Shown: positions 24,042 to 37,685, counted from the whole stretch's first letter. The stretch is DNA of 62,953 nucleotides, filler included, from Hausera hauseri (GCA_046269625.1; 10 parts of 10 records of this genome joined end to end with filler, not necessarily neighbours in it); one strand, 5' to 3'. Program-made: numbers and translations. Notes: a model not told the origin generated them from the letters alone.

Positions 24042-24955
24042 TTAGTCGGTTCGGTAAATGAAACGCTTCGAGGATTTTGGCATGACCGTGCTATGTGGCC
24101 TTCCTTGTGTGCATGTATAGCATATTAGATTCCCGTTTCTACCAATCCTTTGTCGACCGTCTTCATTTATGGGCGATTTTGAGCGGCTGTCGCTCCTAGA
24201 GTAGCCTGCGTCTGAGGATTCTATTCGACCACTTCCACCAAATTTGTTTGCATTGCTTCTAAAATCATTGTATCTATTTCCATCTTTGGATTTGAAACTT
24301 TTGTTATTGTTTCTGTAACCATTTTGGTTCGAGTTGTAGTTCGACTTCGCGTTCATGTTATTTGAATTTCGATTATTGTCTAAACTTTTGTTCCCGTAAG
24401 GTGGATTCCTATCCATCCTATTATCATAGTTCCGATTTCAACCGCTTTCTTGGAATCGTCCACCATTTCTATTTCTATCGCTACACTCATTTCGTTTGGT
24501 GTTTTTGTCGTATCGTTCATTCTGTCTAGCATATCTGTCTAACGCCATCTCTAGGTCTTGTGCTAGTTGCAATGTTTTCTAAAAATTTTCTGGTCTCGCT
24601 AGAATTAATTGTTTCATCAGGCCTCTTGACTAAAGACCATTAATTAATTGCGTTGTCATCATTACATCCAAATCTGACGGAACTGCCTTTTACGCGGCTC
24701 TACGTTGGGCGTCATATTTTGCCTTGGCTATGTTCGAAATTCTTAGTGTACTAATGTAACTATTTGCTAACTTTTTTAAAGGCAAACGCAAACTGGGTTA
24801 CCGATTCGCCCTTCTGTTGCATCCTATTTTGAAATGCCATCAACTTTTTCTCTGGGGTTACCGTCGGCAGTAATTTCCTATTTAATGCTCCTACTAATGA
24901 CGACCAATCTCTCTTTTCTTCGTCCGTTAACTCTGCGTAGGCATCTGCGGCCAGA
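24042..24955 (-). pseudogene. gag: Gag (capsid C-terminal part, N/R-rich linker, frameshifted CCHC zinc knuckle)
   Basis: Manual translation: AADAYAELTDEEKRDWSSLVGAL...FQNRMQQKGESVTQFAFA...QLINGL...LILARPENF; knuckle CYTC-(frameshift)-HKEGHIARSC at approx. 24122-24080. Confidence 0.82.
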
Positions 24956-25055
24956 NNNNNNNNNNNNNNNNNNNNNNNNNNNNNNNNNNNNNNNNNNNNT
25001 TAATTAATTAANNNNNNNNNNNNNNNNNNNNNNNNNNNNNNNNNNNNNNNNNNNN
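24956..25055. other. Artificial contig spacer
   Basis: Same linker. Confidence 0.98.
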
Positions 25056-25279
25056 GGTTATAGTAAAATGAGAAAACTTTAAACATGTATCGTTGATTAT
25101 GTTTCAATATTAATTCTATTCCTTCTGGTAGTTCTGCATAATTTAAAAATATGGTATATAAGGCTTGTCCTTGGATGGAGGTTGAGGTTAGGTTTCGTCC
25201 TGAGCGAAGTACTATGGTCAGTTGTGCCAATACACTGGTCATACATAATGTTAATATACATGCAAATAAGGCTACTTTA

Positions 25280-28200
25280 CTAAGCTTTTGTTGTATGTCT
25301 TGACCTTGAGAATTTACTTAACCATTTTCGATAGTTTNNNNNNNNNNGACCGTGAGGGTTTGTTGGATTACTTTCAACATTTTGGTAATTATCTAATTCG
25401 ATAGAATTTTCATTTTCAATGGACTGGTTATTTAACGTAGGATTCGTGTTTCGTTGGTCATCCGATTCAAATGCATTTTGGTCTTCAATGAACCGATCAT
25501 TTAGTGTAGAATTCAAGTCATCTGATCCAGTTGGATTTATGTTGGTAATGGGTTCCGCTTCTTCTGATATTGGATTTAATTCATTTGTGTCGGTAAGGTT
25601 TTCGATGGCAATGGGTTCTTCTTCTAATATTGGGTATAAGTCATCTGGCTCATTGATGTTTCTAATAATAATAGATTCATTCTCCAGTGTAAGATTTGAA
25701 ATAATTTGATGCAACTTGTTAATATTTTCTTCCATTCTGGCCCATGTTTCCTTATCTCTGGTGGGACCTCGGAATTTATTCCTTTTATTTTTCAAATATT
25801 GTTTTATATTAATTATTTGTTTATACATTTTTGTAAGATATTATTGACAAGACATCCGGGTTACTGGAACTTCTTCCTCTGGTGTTTTCACTAAAAATCT
25901 TATTAGATGTATTTTTTTCTTTGGTAATAAATCCACTTGTGTTAATCCTAAGTAGGCCGTAACTCTATTAATCCATCTAGTGCCATATACCATTTTGCGA
26001 TCCTCTCCATATTTTTGAGCGAGTATATCCATTCTTTCATCATTCAATTGTATTGATCGATGATAAATTTCTAGAACGTTTGCTTGCGTTACGTCAATTA
26101 TCTCCTAATCGGTTACTTTTATCCCTTTAGGTTGATCCTTGTTTCGATTAAAACTATGAAAAAGGACTTATATCATATATTTTCTGATTTCTTCTGTATT
26201 AAAGTCGGGTGCTAACACGAAATTGTTGATATGAAAATGATCTACTATTTGTTGTAATAAGCTCTGTTGATGATACTTATTAAGGTAGTAAAGGGGTTTT
26301 GTATATTGACTGCGAATCCACCTACTAACACTGTATGATACATCGCGATGACTTATACCCAATTCCCATACAACTAAATATACCCATCTATCTGTTGCTG
26401 TAGATGGTTTCAATATTGCTTCTATACTCTTATTTAAAAGTTTAGTCCAAATAACTTCTCGTCGGGTTATCTGCGCAACACCTGGTTTTATGCACGAAAA
26501 AAATCTTCTGTTATTGTTCCTCTTAGATATAAAATATTTATATAATTAACGGCACATCTTCTCATCATTTCATAATATTCGAAATCTTGACATATTAAAG
26601 GATTATACGATCGATATTTCTTTATGTCAAATAGGTAATTTAACACAACTTGTTTCTCTTTAGTGATTTTAAGATTTTCCTCCTCTATCCAATGGATAAA
26701 TATCCTCTGCCATTCTCTTTTTATTGTTTGATCTATTTCCAAATCTTTAGCCTTATCATAATAAACTTAATGGTCAGGATCATATATTTGACTAGCTGAT
26801 CTTGGATTTCGACGTAATACTAATGGGTTATCTTGACTGATCTCATTGGAAGGCTGATTAAACCCTTTATGGAAATCACTGATTACTGTTCGAATCATAT
26901 GATTATATCGGGAATATTTAGAGTATCCTTGGAACTTAAATTTGGTATTATTAAAAGCATTTAAACATAAATACATTTGCATATATTGTTTCTCGGTTGC
27001 TTTATATATCTGTATTTGATGTAATAAACGATTTGTCCAAATTTTATTTCTATATTCTTTACAATCGTAACCGCTTCGACAGGCTATGGCAGTAATTTTT
27101 CCATCATAATATTTTCGTATTCGTAACCTATAGCTATCCTCAGGAAGTTGTCCTCGTTCAAAGATTTCCTTTTCTATCTTTAAGTGTGGAGTGCTAACAC
27201 CTATTAGCATTCTTGTCTTATATAACCGTCTAGCTTTCGCTCTCATCCATTTTCTATCCAAATGAACAATTCCTAGTGTTCGTTTATCCTTTAAATAATC
27301 ATCGTACAATATTTCCACTTCGTACCGAAGTTCTTCTAATATTTGTAATTTTGACTTTATTAGTGTCTTATAATGCTCTGTTTTCTCCATAATGTTGGTA
27401 ACTACTTCAATTAATTCTGTTGTAAGAGGTTCGTCTTCCAATCCGGCTTCCCATAATAACCAATCCATCCATATAAGCTTCTTATATTCTTCAGTATCGT
27501 TTTCAATATTCTGAATTTTGTGTGTCCATAATCCGTTAATCACATGGTCACTACCACAGTCTTCTATTAAATCGTCGAGAATTTCTTCATCCTGAGTTGA
27601 GATTTCTGATCGCTTGGGTTTATGTAGAGCTATATTGAGTAATTGGTATAGAGATGTATCCCATGTAACGAAAGATGTAAAAACACCTGCGTGTAAATTA
27701 AGGGGATTTGTCTTCAGGTATTATTAAGCTTCTAATGCTATAGTTTTAAGAGCATAGGCGTAGCCTTGTGCAAAATATTGTTTTTCGGGGTTATAAATGT
27801 GTAATTTCAAATTGTGATACTCAAAAGACTGTTGTTTATCTGGAGGCCTATTGATTTCCAATAAGAATATACGTATCCAGGTTTGCTTATGAGTTAGCCC
27901 AGTGTCTGATTCTGTTACTGGTTCTCTATTTAATTCAATTTCATTATTTTCTGTTTTCAGATTCTTTATATATTGTTGCCGAAGGAATGCACAATTTCAT
28001 GTAGATTTTGCTTTGGGTATTGTTGTTTGAGTTTAACAATTTCGCATTCCACATTCAGATCCTGTTTTTTGTAATAGATGTGTTACTTCATGTACCTCAA
28101 TTGATCTATCAACCTCGTTCTTATTGTAAAATTTAAATCTTTTTATTACTGCAGTGATATTTCTATAAGATGAACTATCCCACGTGTTTTCCTTTACTAT

Positions 28201-28649
28201 TTCATTATTCCTTATTGCATCACATAATTTTAATGGTAAGAACTTATCTTCTGCTGACATTTCCTCGTAAGTTTTTCGAATTCTATTAAAATAGTATCAA
28301 TAATTGATTTAAATACATTGTCTTCTGATATTATATATCGATCTATGGCTATTCTATTAAGCTCCATCTGTACTTCTTCATTATCCATCCAAGGTATATA
28401 ATCTAATTCTACTCTTGGCCACGTACGGCTTTTAACTATTTCTTTTGTAGGGATGGTCGACGATTCCTTTAATAAACGTTGTATATGAGGATCCTTTATC
28501 CATTGGTTTTCAGTTATTTCTACTTTAGGTATCATGTAATTTAAGACTGTTTTAGGAGCTAATATAAGAAATTTTACCCAAAACTTTTCCCTATTAGCCT
28601 GTTTTTTCTTTTCCCATTCTCGTCTCGTGAATTGAATTAACTCAGCCAA
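25280..28649 (-). pseudogene. Decayed long coding region of unknown, possibly viral or TE, origin
   Basis: Series of minus-strand ORF pieces (28230-28649, 28033-28260, 26767-27543, 26488-26742, 26168-26413, 25841-26047, 25280-25828) with A-rich sense strand like elements A and B; no family recognised. Confidence 0.45.
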
Positions 28650-28799
28650 TTGCTCAACCGCATATATTGCTAGTATATATGATATGAATGTACGTACCTT
28701 GTATAATTCTGTTCATTTGAATGAGTTGGTTGGGCAGTGCAGTTTCCAATTAAACAACATATCACCGAAGAAGATAGAAGTATTGAATTTGGTCTACTT

Positions 28800-29250
28800 T
28801 GGTTTTCTTGTTTTTTTTCATAATCAGGAGGTGGCAATTGTTTGGCCATCCTTTGATAGTATTTTTCTACTCGGAAAAATTTGTAACATCATATTACTAC
28901 TACTGCAACTATCGTGCTACTGGCTAAACTGATTAAAACATCAGTAATAGGAATGATCTATAATCTACTACAGGTAGTACAGGAATAACTGCATATTCGT
29001 GTGGGTTTCTTTCGGTTGAAGTTACAGTAAATGCTGACAAGACCATGGGTATCGCCATTCGTTTATAAATATGTGGTTATTTGGTTGAAACTTCATCATA
29101 CTTGGGAGGCGATTCTCTATTTGCTGCTTCCACATCCATAATTAGTTGTTCTCGTCTTGTTGCTTCTTTCCATATTTTATAAGATTTCCTAATCCATATT
29201 GAGATGTAGCAAATCAATGCGATAATGAATGATATTAATCACATTAGCAT
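28800..29250 (-). pseudogene. Two tandem small single-TM, PPxY-tailed ORF remnants
   Basis: MLM*LISFIIALICYISIWIRK...ESPPKYDEV* and ...VLISLASSTIVAVVVI*CYKFFR...QLPPPDYEK (manual translation). Confidence 0.4.
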
Positions 29251-29420
29251 ATTACTTCTATCGTTTGATTATGGGTATATGTTTCTTTGTTGCATGTTCT
29301 AGCTTTAACCACCGGTATTAGGCTACTTCCGATCATACGTTTACTAGTTGTTGGCAATATATTTCGTCTAGTAAAATTACACGATTATATCGGTTCAGTT
29401 TCTTGTTAAAGTATACTATT

Positions 29421-29520
29421 NNNNNNNNNNNNNNNNNNNNNNNNNNNNNNNNNNNNNNNNNNNNTTAATTAATTAANNNNNNNNNNNNNNNNNNNNNNNN
29501 NNNNNNNNNNNNNNNNNNNN
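29421..29520. other. Artificial contig spacer
   Basis: Same linker. Confidence 0.98.
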
Positions 29521-30179
29521 GTTCAAAGATTTCGATAATGTTGTGGATTCGTGTTTTGATGTTGTTAGGGAGTAAGAAGAGGAGGTTGTGTGCCTTAATT
29601 AAGGAATAGGTGACGCTATTGGCTTGTAGCCACAATTTGTGGAATTGCAACAAAGTTTTGCTAGAGCCTTGTTTGTCAATGAAGAATTCAGTGCAGTGAG
29701 GGAAAGGAGCGGAAGAGGTAGTAGGTGAAAGTTTATTAGCGGAAGTAGGGGTGAGTTTTTGAAGGAATATTACAAATTTTGGTTTCGTGGTAGTTTTATC
29801 CGTGGTGTCTATAATTGGCGATGAATTCACTCCACCACGGATGCGGAAGTGTATATGGAGGTGGATATAAGTTGAAGAAGATTGTAGAGTTCCAGCGATG
29901 GGTACTGTAGAGCCATTGTGTATGATATAAAAGTCAGATGAGTGAAGAAAAGTGGTGATTGCGTTGTAGAAGTCTGTGGCGTTTGAATGTGTTGATGCAA
30001 TTGTGTAAATATGTTTATTATTAAATAAAAGAGAGAGAATAAGGTGGGCGTATAGCCAGGAACGTGTCGTCGGGCGTCAGCGAACGGTACCGTCCGACCC
30101 AATGGTATAGGGTAAGTGGCCTGGACTTCAACCCTGCCGCGGCGAATCCTAAACTTTGGGGTGACCGAATTCCCCGCAT
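29521..30179 (-). mobile_element. Possible LTR (approx. 30179-30002) plus gag-like remnant abutting the calsyntenin pseudogene
   Basis: Abrupt GC-rich segment starting TGCGGGG and ending AATAAACATATTTACACA where calsyntenin similarity has stopped. Downstream LWLQANSVT...LLFLLP only weakly resembles Gypsy gag. No clear PBS. Confidence 0.4.
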
Positions 30180-30229
30180 GCAATGTTTCCTCATCAGTAT
30201 TTTTATCTTGCATATATTTTGTAAAATTG

Positions 30230-31900
30230 TCAATATCATTGATATTTACGTTAATGATCTTCTCATTTGTGAGCTCATTTTCATTAACCGAACATCTCAG
30301 TCCGAATATGTTACCATCATCGTTTGGAGATGTTGACTGAATCGATATAAAATACGTGTGTGATAATAACTGCTGGTAGACCTTCAATGATTGAACCCCG
30401 TAAATCATAACTCCGCATGTGTTATTGAGACTTGTCAGATGGTAATCGACTGCCAGATTTATTGGCCATTGTACATGTTCCGATTGCTGCAATTTGCCAT
30501 TCATAGAACAAATGATACTTGATAGTAGTTGGGTCGAGTAGCCATTATCTTTGATAAGCTTAAAATTTTGAAGGAGTTGAACCTTCTGACTAACCGAGCC
30601 GGATATTTCTGAATTGGTTGATATTTTTGTATGAGACATGGTGATTTTTGGTTCGGTTTTGCTGGATTGCAAATAAATATGGAAAAAATGTTGCGATAGT
30701 TTTACGGTGGTTTCATAATAACATCTAATTTCCGCACCGATTTTCAATGACTGTATGGGATTTTTTCTGCCAATTAACTTTTCCTTCACATTGTTATTCA
30801 GGCTAAACAATTTTGAGAACATTTGTAACGCATGAAAAATATTATGATAGCGCGTTGCAATCGAGTCATTGAGCAATGTTACCGAAGATCTGGAATTCAT
30901 CAACTTGAGAATGTGCGATAACAAAATAGGTTCTCCACATATGGCCAAACATCAAATACTGTTAGCGGCTTCGTTATCATGCGGTAAAAACCGAAGACCG
31001 GCAAGATGGCCATGAAGGAACCTTATTCCTTCAGCATCCGTGAGTATTGCATGCGGTGGTTTATTGTCCGGTATCTGCGGAATACCTTTAAACATTCCGC
31101 CGTCAATCTGTAGATACAGTTTCGGTACAGTATATGATAATGCAAAATGGTGCCATATGTTGTCACAAATTTCTAGCATTGGACCGAATCGCCATTCGGT
31201 AGGTTGGTACTTGTCTGCGATTGACTGTTGAAATTCCTGACGAATGAGTACAATAGATTTGCGGTTGTGGAGGAATATACTGAAGTGATGGTGGTTCATT
31301 TCGTGGGCATCAGAACTACACAAAACTTGTTCATTTGCAGAATTCAACATCGTCAATCCATGCTTCATCCTAAACATCGGAGAAGACCTTTTATCAAGTT
31401 TCATGTTATTTATATTAACCCCGTCGATAACCTTCTTGGTATTTTGATCATTCGCCAATAAGTCAAAGGTTTTCTCTGACGCATCGCAATGTTTTTGTTG
31501 CAGGTTCAGTGAAACCTGATCCTGTCGAAAAAATTTAGCTGAAGCCGGTTGGATTTCCCTACCGATGAGTTTTGATGATATTACCACCAGAAAATTGGAG
31601 CAGGTGTTCGAACAGCGAGACAGCGAGGGAATCCGAGGTCCACGACCCCTAAGGATAACAACACCGTTGGTTTCAGTGTAATTTATTGTTGAGGGTAATC
31701 CTGTCCAATGAGGCTCACACTCATTAAATACATCAAAAACAACCGACGCAGATGTCGTTTGTGGGAATTTTATATTGCAATTGGTGACTCTAAAGTAAAA
31801 TTTATACCTGAACATTTTTGACCTTTGGACTGTTAAAACATTTGTCATTATAAAATCAATGTAATCTGGCACGTCAAACAAAGCCAGAAAAGCGACGACG
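30230..31900 (-). pseudogene. CLSTN: Intronless calsyntenin (CLSTN)-like pseudogene: end of cadherin repeat, LamG-like domain and downstream region
   Basis: CEPHWTG, RMKHG, EQVLCSSDAHEMNHHHFSIFLHN, YQPTEWRF...ICDNIWHHFAL...LQIDG, GHLAGL...SI*CLAICGE (in-frame TGA at 30952-30954), GVMIYGVQS...YQQLL, FGLRCS...NE. TM and cytoplasmic tail absent. Confidence 0.85.
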
Positions 31901-32257
31901 CGGTCGTGTACAACAATATGGCACAAAAGAAAAATACGAGGATTATTAAAATCGAATTTTGTAGTATTGGAAGAATTTTTAAAAATCGAACTGGATAGAA
32001 ACAGTAATATTACCTTATCCAAAACGCCCACATTCGAGTAACACGAAATAGCTGGTAAAATTTTTGACACCATTTATTAGGATTAAAGTTCCTATCCAGC
32101 AGACCTTGCAGAGACCACCGCTGTCGACATTTCCGACAAACTTTCGCCAAATTTCCGTTATAAACAAAAAAATGTAATCTCCGCGTTTCAGCAAGTTTCT
32201 GGCGAGCAAAATAGTTAAATCTGGTATTTGTATCGTAACGGATTCAATTATGTTTCC

Positions 32258-32362
32258 TGTGGTGCCCACAGCGGCCGATGCCCTCTGGCCCATTTGGTTG
32301 GACACAGCCTGACATCCGTTGCCACCGCGCCGGGCCCATGGTCGGGCCCGATCTTCCGCCTC
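32258..32362 (+). repeat. LTR 5' fragment, same family as 2457-2560
   Basis: Clear alignment over about 100 bp (GTGCCCA..GCGGCCG.TGCC..TGGCCCATTTGGT.GG.CAC...TCCGTTGCC..CGCG..GG..CCAT.GTCGG.CCCGAT.TTC.GCCTC). Confidence 0.8.
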
Positions 32363-33469
32363 GGGATAACCACGAGATAGCGGTATTAGTTCTCACTCGT
32401 TCATTCAAAATTCATCTGCTCCTGTATTTTTGGACAGTGGAAAAATTCGAATTCCATTCACAGATAATAAACTTAACGAAACCATAATCGCTAAAGGCGA
32501 AGCCTGCAAACATCGTCTTTTACCAGAAAATTCTTATTCAAAGTGCAAAAGAGCTCAGTCGATAACAAAAAGCCAATATATTCCGTTAATACAATTATTG
32601 AAGAGACAAATGGAAACGCCTTGATATCTGCTCGATTACCTTTCGGTTCCTCTAATCTGTATGTAAACAAATGTTTGCTGACGAAGGTTAACAAAAAAGG
32701 TTTTATTCTTCACAAGTTGCCAAAAAAACCTCTGATCAAATCAAAATTACTCTCACAAACTTTCCGCTGGTAGGTTTTTAAATTTATTTTGAGCAATTAA
32801 CTACACTTCTTTACAGTAGAGTACAAAATATAGAAAACAATTTAAACAACACAAACCGTTTTAGAGGTTTTATCGACACGTCAAGTCAAATTTCTTACCA
32901 CCATAACTTTTTCACTGTATGAAAAACAATACGATAAACGCCCGTCCCCAATGCGTCTCAAGATAATCAGCAAACATTGTATGAAGAACTTGAACTGATT
33001 GGAAAACCAATGAATCTAACCCATCCTGGACAGAGCGGTTTGGGTCACTACTTTTAGGACCGGCGTGTTCATCAGGAGAGCATTTCTACCACCAGTTGTG
33101 CTCTCAGTAGTTAGCTCTCTCTCGCCTAATTTGGCGTAAAACTGATGCACTACTATGTTTTGTGGTATTTTACTATCTCCCAATCAGTGGACTATATCGT
33201 ATGACACCAGTAGCCCCACTCACTGAAGCAGGAATGGTCTGTTTTGGGCCAGGTGTATGGGCCGCTTTTATAATGGAAACAGACAAAACAGTGTACAGTG
33301 TACCGACTCACACCATACAGCACAGTGAAAATAAGGCATTAGCTTTATTAAAGAACTTTTTAATTTTTCAATAGTGGGGACACTTCATATGAGTGGCACA
33401 TACGATCAAAAATGCTCATTATTTTTCCTATGCTGCAGACTCTGTATATAAAAGATTAATGAGTTGAAC

Positions 33470-33620
33470 ATATATATCATCTTTCCAGTCATACTAACCA
33501 GTCAAAGCACTTTACAGTACAGACACATTCACCCATTCCCACTAACACATTTATACACTGCTATGCAGATTCAGGCAGTTTGGGTTTAGGTGACTTGCTC
33601 AGCTGCGCATCCAAATACGA
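33470..33620 (-). repeat. Possible SINE fragment (V-SINE/Mermaid-like)
   Basis: CAAAGCACTTTACAGT...CACATTCACCCATTC...GGCAGTTTGGGTTTAGGTGACTTGCTCAG resembles the reverse strand of widespread metazoan SINE cores; recognition from memory only. Confidence 0.3.
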
Positions 33621-33720
33621 NNNNNNNNNNNNNNNNNNNNNNNNNNNNNNNNNNNNNNNNNNNNTTAATTAATTAANNNNNNNNNNNNNNNNNNNNNNNN
33701 NNNNNNNNNNNNNNNNNNNN
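33621..33720. other. Artificial contig spacer
   Basis: Same linker. Confidence 0.98.
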
Positions 33721-34176
33721 GGCAGTAAGAACCACCAGCTCATGACCATCACATCAAAAAAGAAAGCACTGGATCCCTTCGATGATAAACGACACTGAGT
33801 TGATAAAAACCATAGTGTCGCCTATAAACATTATTCATTGCTTATGTAAAAAATTTTTTATGTCTTATGCTTTTCTCATTATTACTGCTTTGTTCCAGGG
33901 TACGACTTTGTTCTAAGGGTGGAAAAACCCAATCGGCTTTAGAATGCTTTGTTCTGGGGTGGGAATAGTGAAACCCAATCGGCGTCAGATTGCTTTTTTC
34001 CGGGAAAATCCAATCGGCGCCACCTTTCTTTCTGATTGGTCAGTTTTCCTTACCCCGCCATTATCTGCTCTACTCCCATTGGCTAGTTTCCCTTCCCACG
34101 ATGACGTGTTCTCCTCCTATTGGCTTCCTTCCTTCTCTGGAGGGGGGTTGGCGCGAAGTCCTCCCTTCTAACTACT
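33721..34176 (+). mobile_element. Polinton/Maverick-like element end: C-terminus of protein-primed PolB and terminal region
   Basis: GSKNHQLMTITSKKKALDPFDDKRH*...HSVAYKHY matches the pPolB C-terminal motif (K.ALS..DDKR...GHY). It is followed by a CCAAT/ATTGG-rich segment ending ...CTAACTACT (34168-34176), the reverse complement of the AGTAGT-type Polinton terminus. Confidence 0.75.
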
Positions 34177-35762
34177 TCTAATCATAAGTCTCCCGCTGGG
34201 CCCATTCATTTTCAAACTTTTTATTTTCGATGTCGACTCGTTTTGTTGAATACAAAATCACCTGATAGAAGCGTCTTCCCACGAATTTATTTCCCGTTCC
34301 GACCATTATGGCCCCTCCAGTCTCACATTCCCTTCTCCTATTTCCCAGTCTGCTCGTCATGACCCTTCCAGACATACAAATAGCTCCCCCCGTTATACAT
34401 CCCAATTCGACACCCGGAAAAACAACATAATAACAGTAATCAATGATATTATTAAATTTAACTTTAACCAAAATCACCGTCATAATCCCTGTTTCATCAC
34501 CGACACCAAGTCTCGCACAGTAACGACGGCGTCAATCTCGACATCTCGTATGTAAATCGTCGGCTCAAATTCTTGCTGCTCTCGAACACGGAGAGGAATA
34601 CTGACGACCAAATGAAGGCTTTTGGAAGAAACGGCTGTTGACTATACTGTTAATAAATTCCATAAAACTAAGGTTGACTATGAGTGACTAATGAGTCAAG
34701 CTTGATATCCTGGGTAACATGCTACGACAGTAATGGATCTTGTCATCTTCCCCATTTTGCTGGTGCATTCTCATTGATCGTAACATAGAATGGTAAAATT
34801 TAGATGAGAATTCACTCATTATAGGGGAAATATAATCTACTAAACTCCGGTGGCCTCGCACAATACATTCCACATTTAATATCAATTGTTCTGTTGGTGG
34901 AGTTCTAACAGAGAGACATAGCCTTAAAGGTAACTTAAATCATTTTACATTACCCTGAATTTCCTGGCGAAACGAACTTCCTATGCATAACCCCATAGAT
35001 TTGTGTTGTACCTCTCTAGATGTGAGAGAATAAATCGCAAAGATCGAACTACCCATATTAGGTTGCCACATGATAATATAATTCCAGCGTTTTGCATTTT
35101 TTACTATCAATTTCACTTTTCTTTAATTTTTTACCAGTATTTAACCCTTGACTCCTCGTTTAACAATATCGAGTATCATATCATCAGAATTTCGCAGTGA
35201 AATGCTAGGTGGAGGGAACGATTTCATCTCCTTTACCATGATTATCACATGCAGCGCGGATTTTTCAGTATCTATCTTCATTATAATAACTGACATTAAA
35301 ATTTCAAATTTCTAAATATTTGAATTCATTGATTTTTGGTTTCTTTGATATTTTTTTATTAATTTCTTGTATTTACTATTAATGGGCCATCGCCAAGTCT
35401 CCAGCCCTGGGTGAGAAACTCAGAGAGATAGTAGATACATGAATCGATATATGGGCTTATAGCACGTGTAGTGTTGGCGAATTAATTATCTGAGTTTCCC
35501 GGATGTCGACAAGGGATCTCACATACACTTTGTTTATTTTTCATAATTATTTATATACTTAGACACATATGTCTCCCTCAACCAAACTCTGCCTCTCATA
35601 ACTCAAATCTTTGTGTACAAATTAATTTTACACACACAAACATACATACATACATACATTCTATATACATGCATACACGCACGCACATTTTTATTTACAC
35701 TAATTTTGACTTTTGAACGGACTTTTGCTTGATTCCCCAACTAATCAGTCGGGTCTAAACAG

Positions 35763-35892
35763 CTTCTATCAAACTATCATCAGTTATAAAATGGCGCCCA
35801 TAGATCTTACGCTTTTTTGTATGGAGCTCAAGATTAGGCATATTACAAATTCACAATATTTAGCAATTGTATTTTTGGATAATTCAGTAGTG
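35763..35892 (+). repeat. Dispersed repeat copy 1 (~130 bp)
   Basis: CTTCTATCAAACTATC...GTTATAAAATGGC.CC.ATAG.TCTTACGCTTTTTTG...ATTAGGCATATT...TTGTATTTTTGGAT.ATTCAGT.GTG, also at 40425-40556. Confidence 0.85.
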
Positions 35893-36815
35893 CAGTGCCG
35901 CGGTCGTGGGCGCAGTCCAGGCCCTCTACCCTTATGGACCAAAGCCAAGTGAGAAAAATTTGAGGACTTGTATTTAAATGTAAATCACACTAAATTTCGC
36001 TACAATAATTGCATCACGCTATGAATTGACATTTTGAAAACTTTATTTTTAAAGTGTAATCCAAATATAATTTTAAGGGTAAAAATTTTAAATTCTTCAC
36101 TTGAAAATAAAAGATCATGTCATAGAGTTGTATTGGCACAGAACCGTCCCTATGGATTCAGAGTATTTCTGATTCACCAAATACTCGACACATTTTCGCG
36201 AATAATATTTTAATTGACTGATGAAACCATTCTGAAATTTTCTATGGCATTATTTGTTAACTTTTCCTGAGCTTTAATGACCCTGGTTTTTAATGAATAC
36301 TTTTTCAAAGACAACGTTTATGATAAGAAAGTTTAAATAATCGTCAATACATAACAACAAGTATATAACAAAAAATAAATCTGAACTTTGACAAAATTTT
36401 CTATTTATGAACTTTCTAATCTCATTGTATTATGATCACAGACAACATAAACAACGAGTACTTTTTGTTTGAATTTAAAACTAAAACAATATTTTTTAGA
36501 AAATTAAAACAATTGAACATAAAAATGAATTATTGCAATTAAAAATTTTCCTAAATTGTTTATCTAAGTATTATATATCTTGTAGTATAGTTTTAATAAA
36601 TTTGGTGTGTAACAGTTTGTAAATGTTCATTGATAGAAAATCGTGTATTTCACGTCAGAGATGGAACTGGGTCAATGTGTCTGAATCAAGTATCGTTATG
36701 TTGAAGTTCCGTCTCTGTTTCGTGTAACGTCTGAAATGTTCGGATGTTAATGAAAGGAATTAATAATCAGAGACAAATCAGAGAAAATCATTTATTCAAA
36801 AACTTTATTCAAAAA

Positions 36816-37685
<870 letters not shown>

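Larger units (their letters stand above)
17031..24955 (-). mobile_element. Decayed Gypsy-like endogenous viral element B: gag - accessory domains - chuvirus-like glycoprotein - protease - start of Pol
   Basis: Continuous chain of minus-strand ORF fragments with Gag, CCHC, UBL, glycoprotein and DTG protease motifs in that order. Confidence 0.87.

Noticed and set aside
29827-30948. 373-aa ORF as a novel fusion protein
   Set aside because: It is the post-stop half of the calsyntenin pseudogene reading through by chance into LTR-like sequence.
30952-30954. TGA reassignment or selenocysteine read-through
   Set aside because: This TGA is not at a conserved Trp/Cys position, intact genes use TGG for Trp, and decayed ORFs contain all three stop types plus frameshifts, consistent with neutral decay.
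35628-35690. CA/CATA-rich tract
   Set aside because: Degenerate microsatellite of no evident significance.
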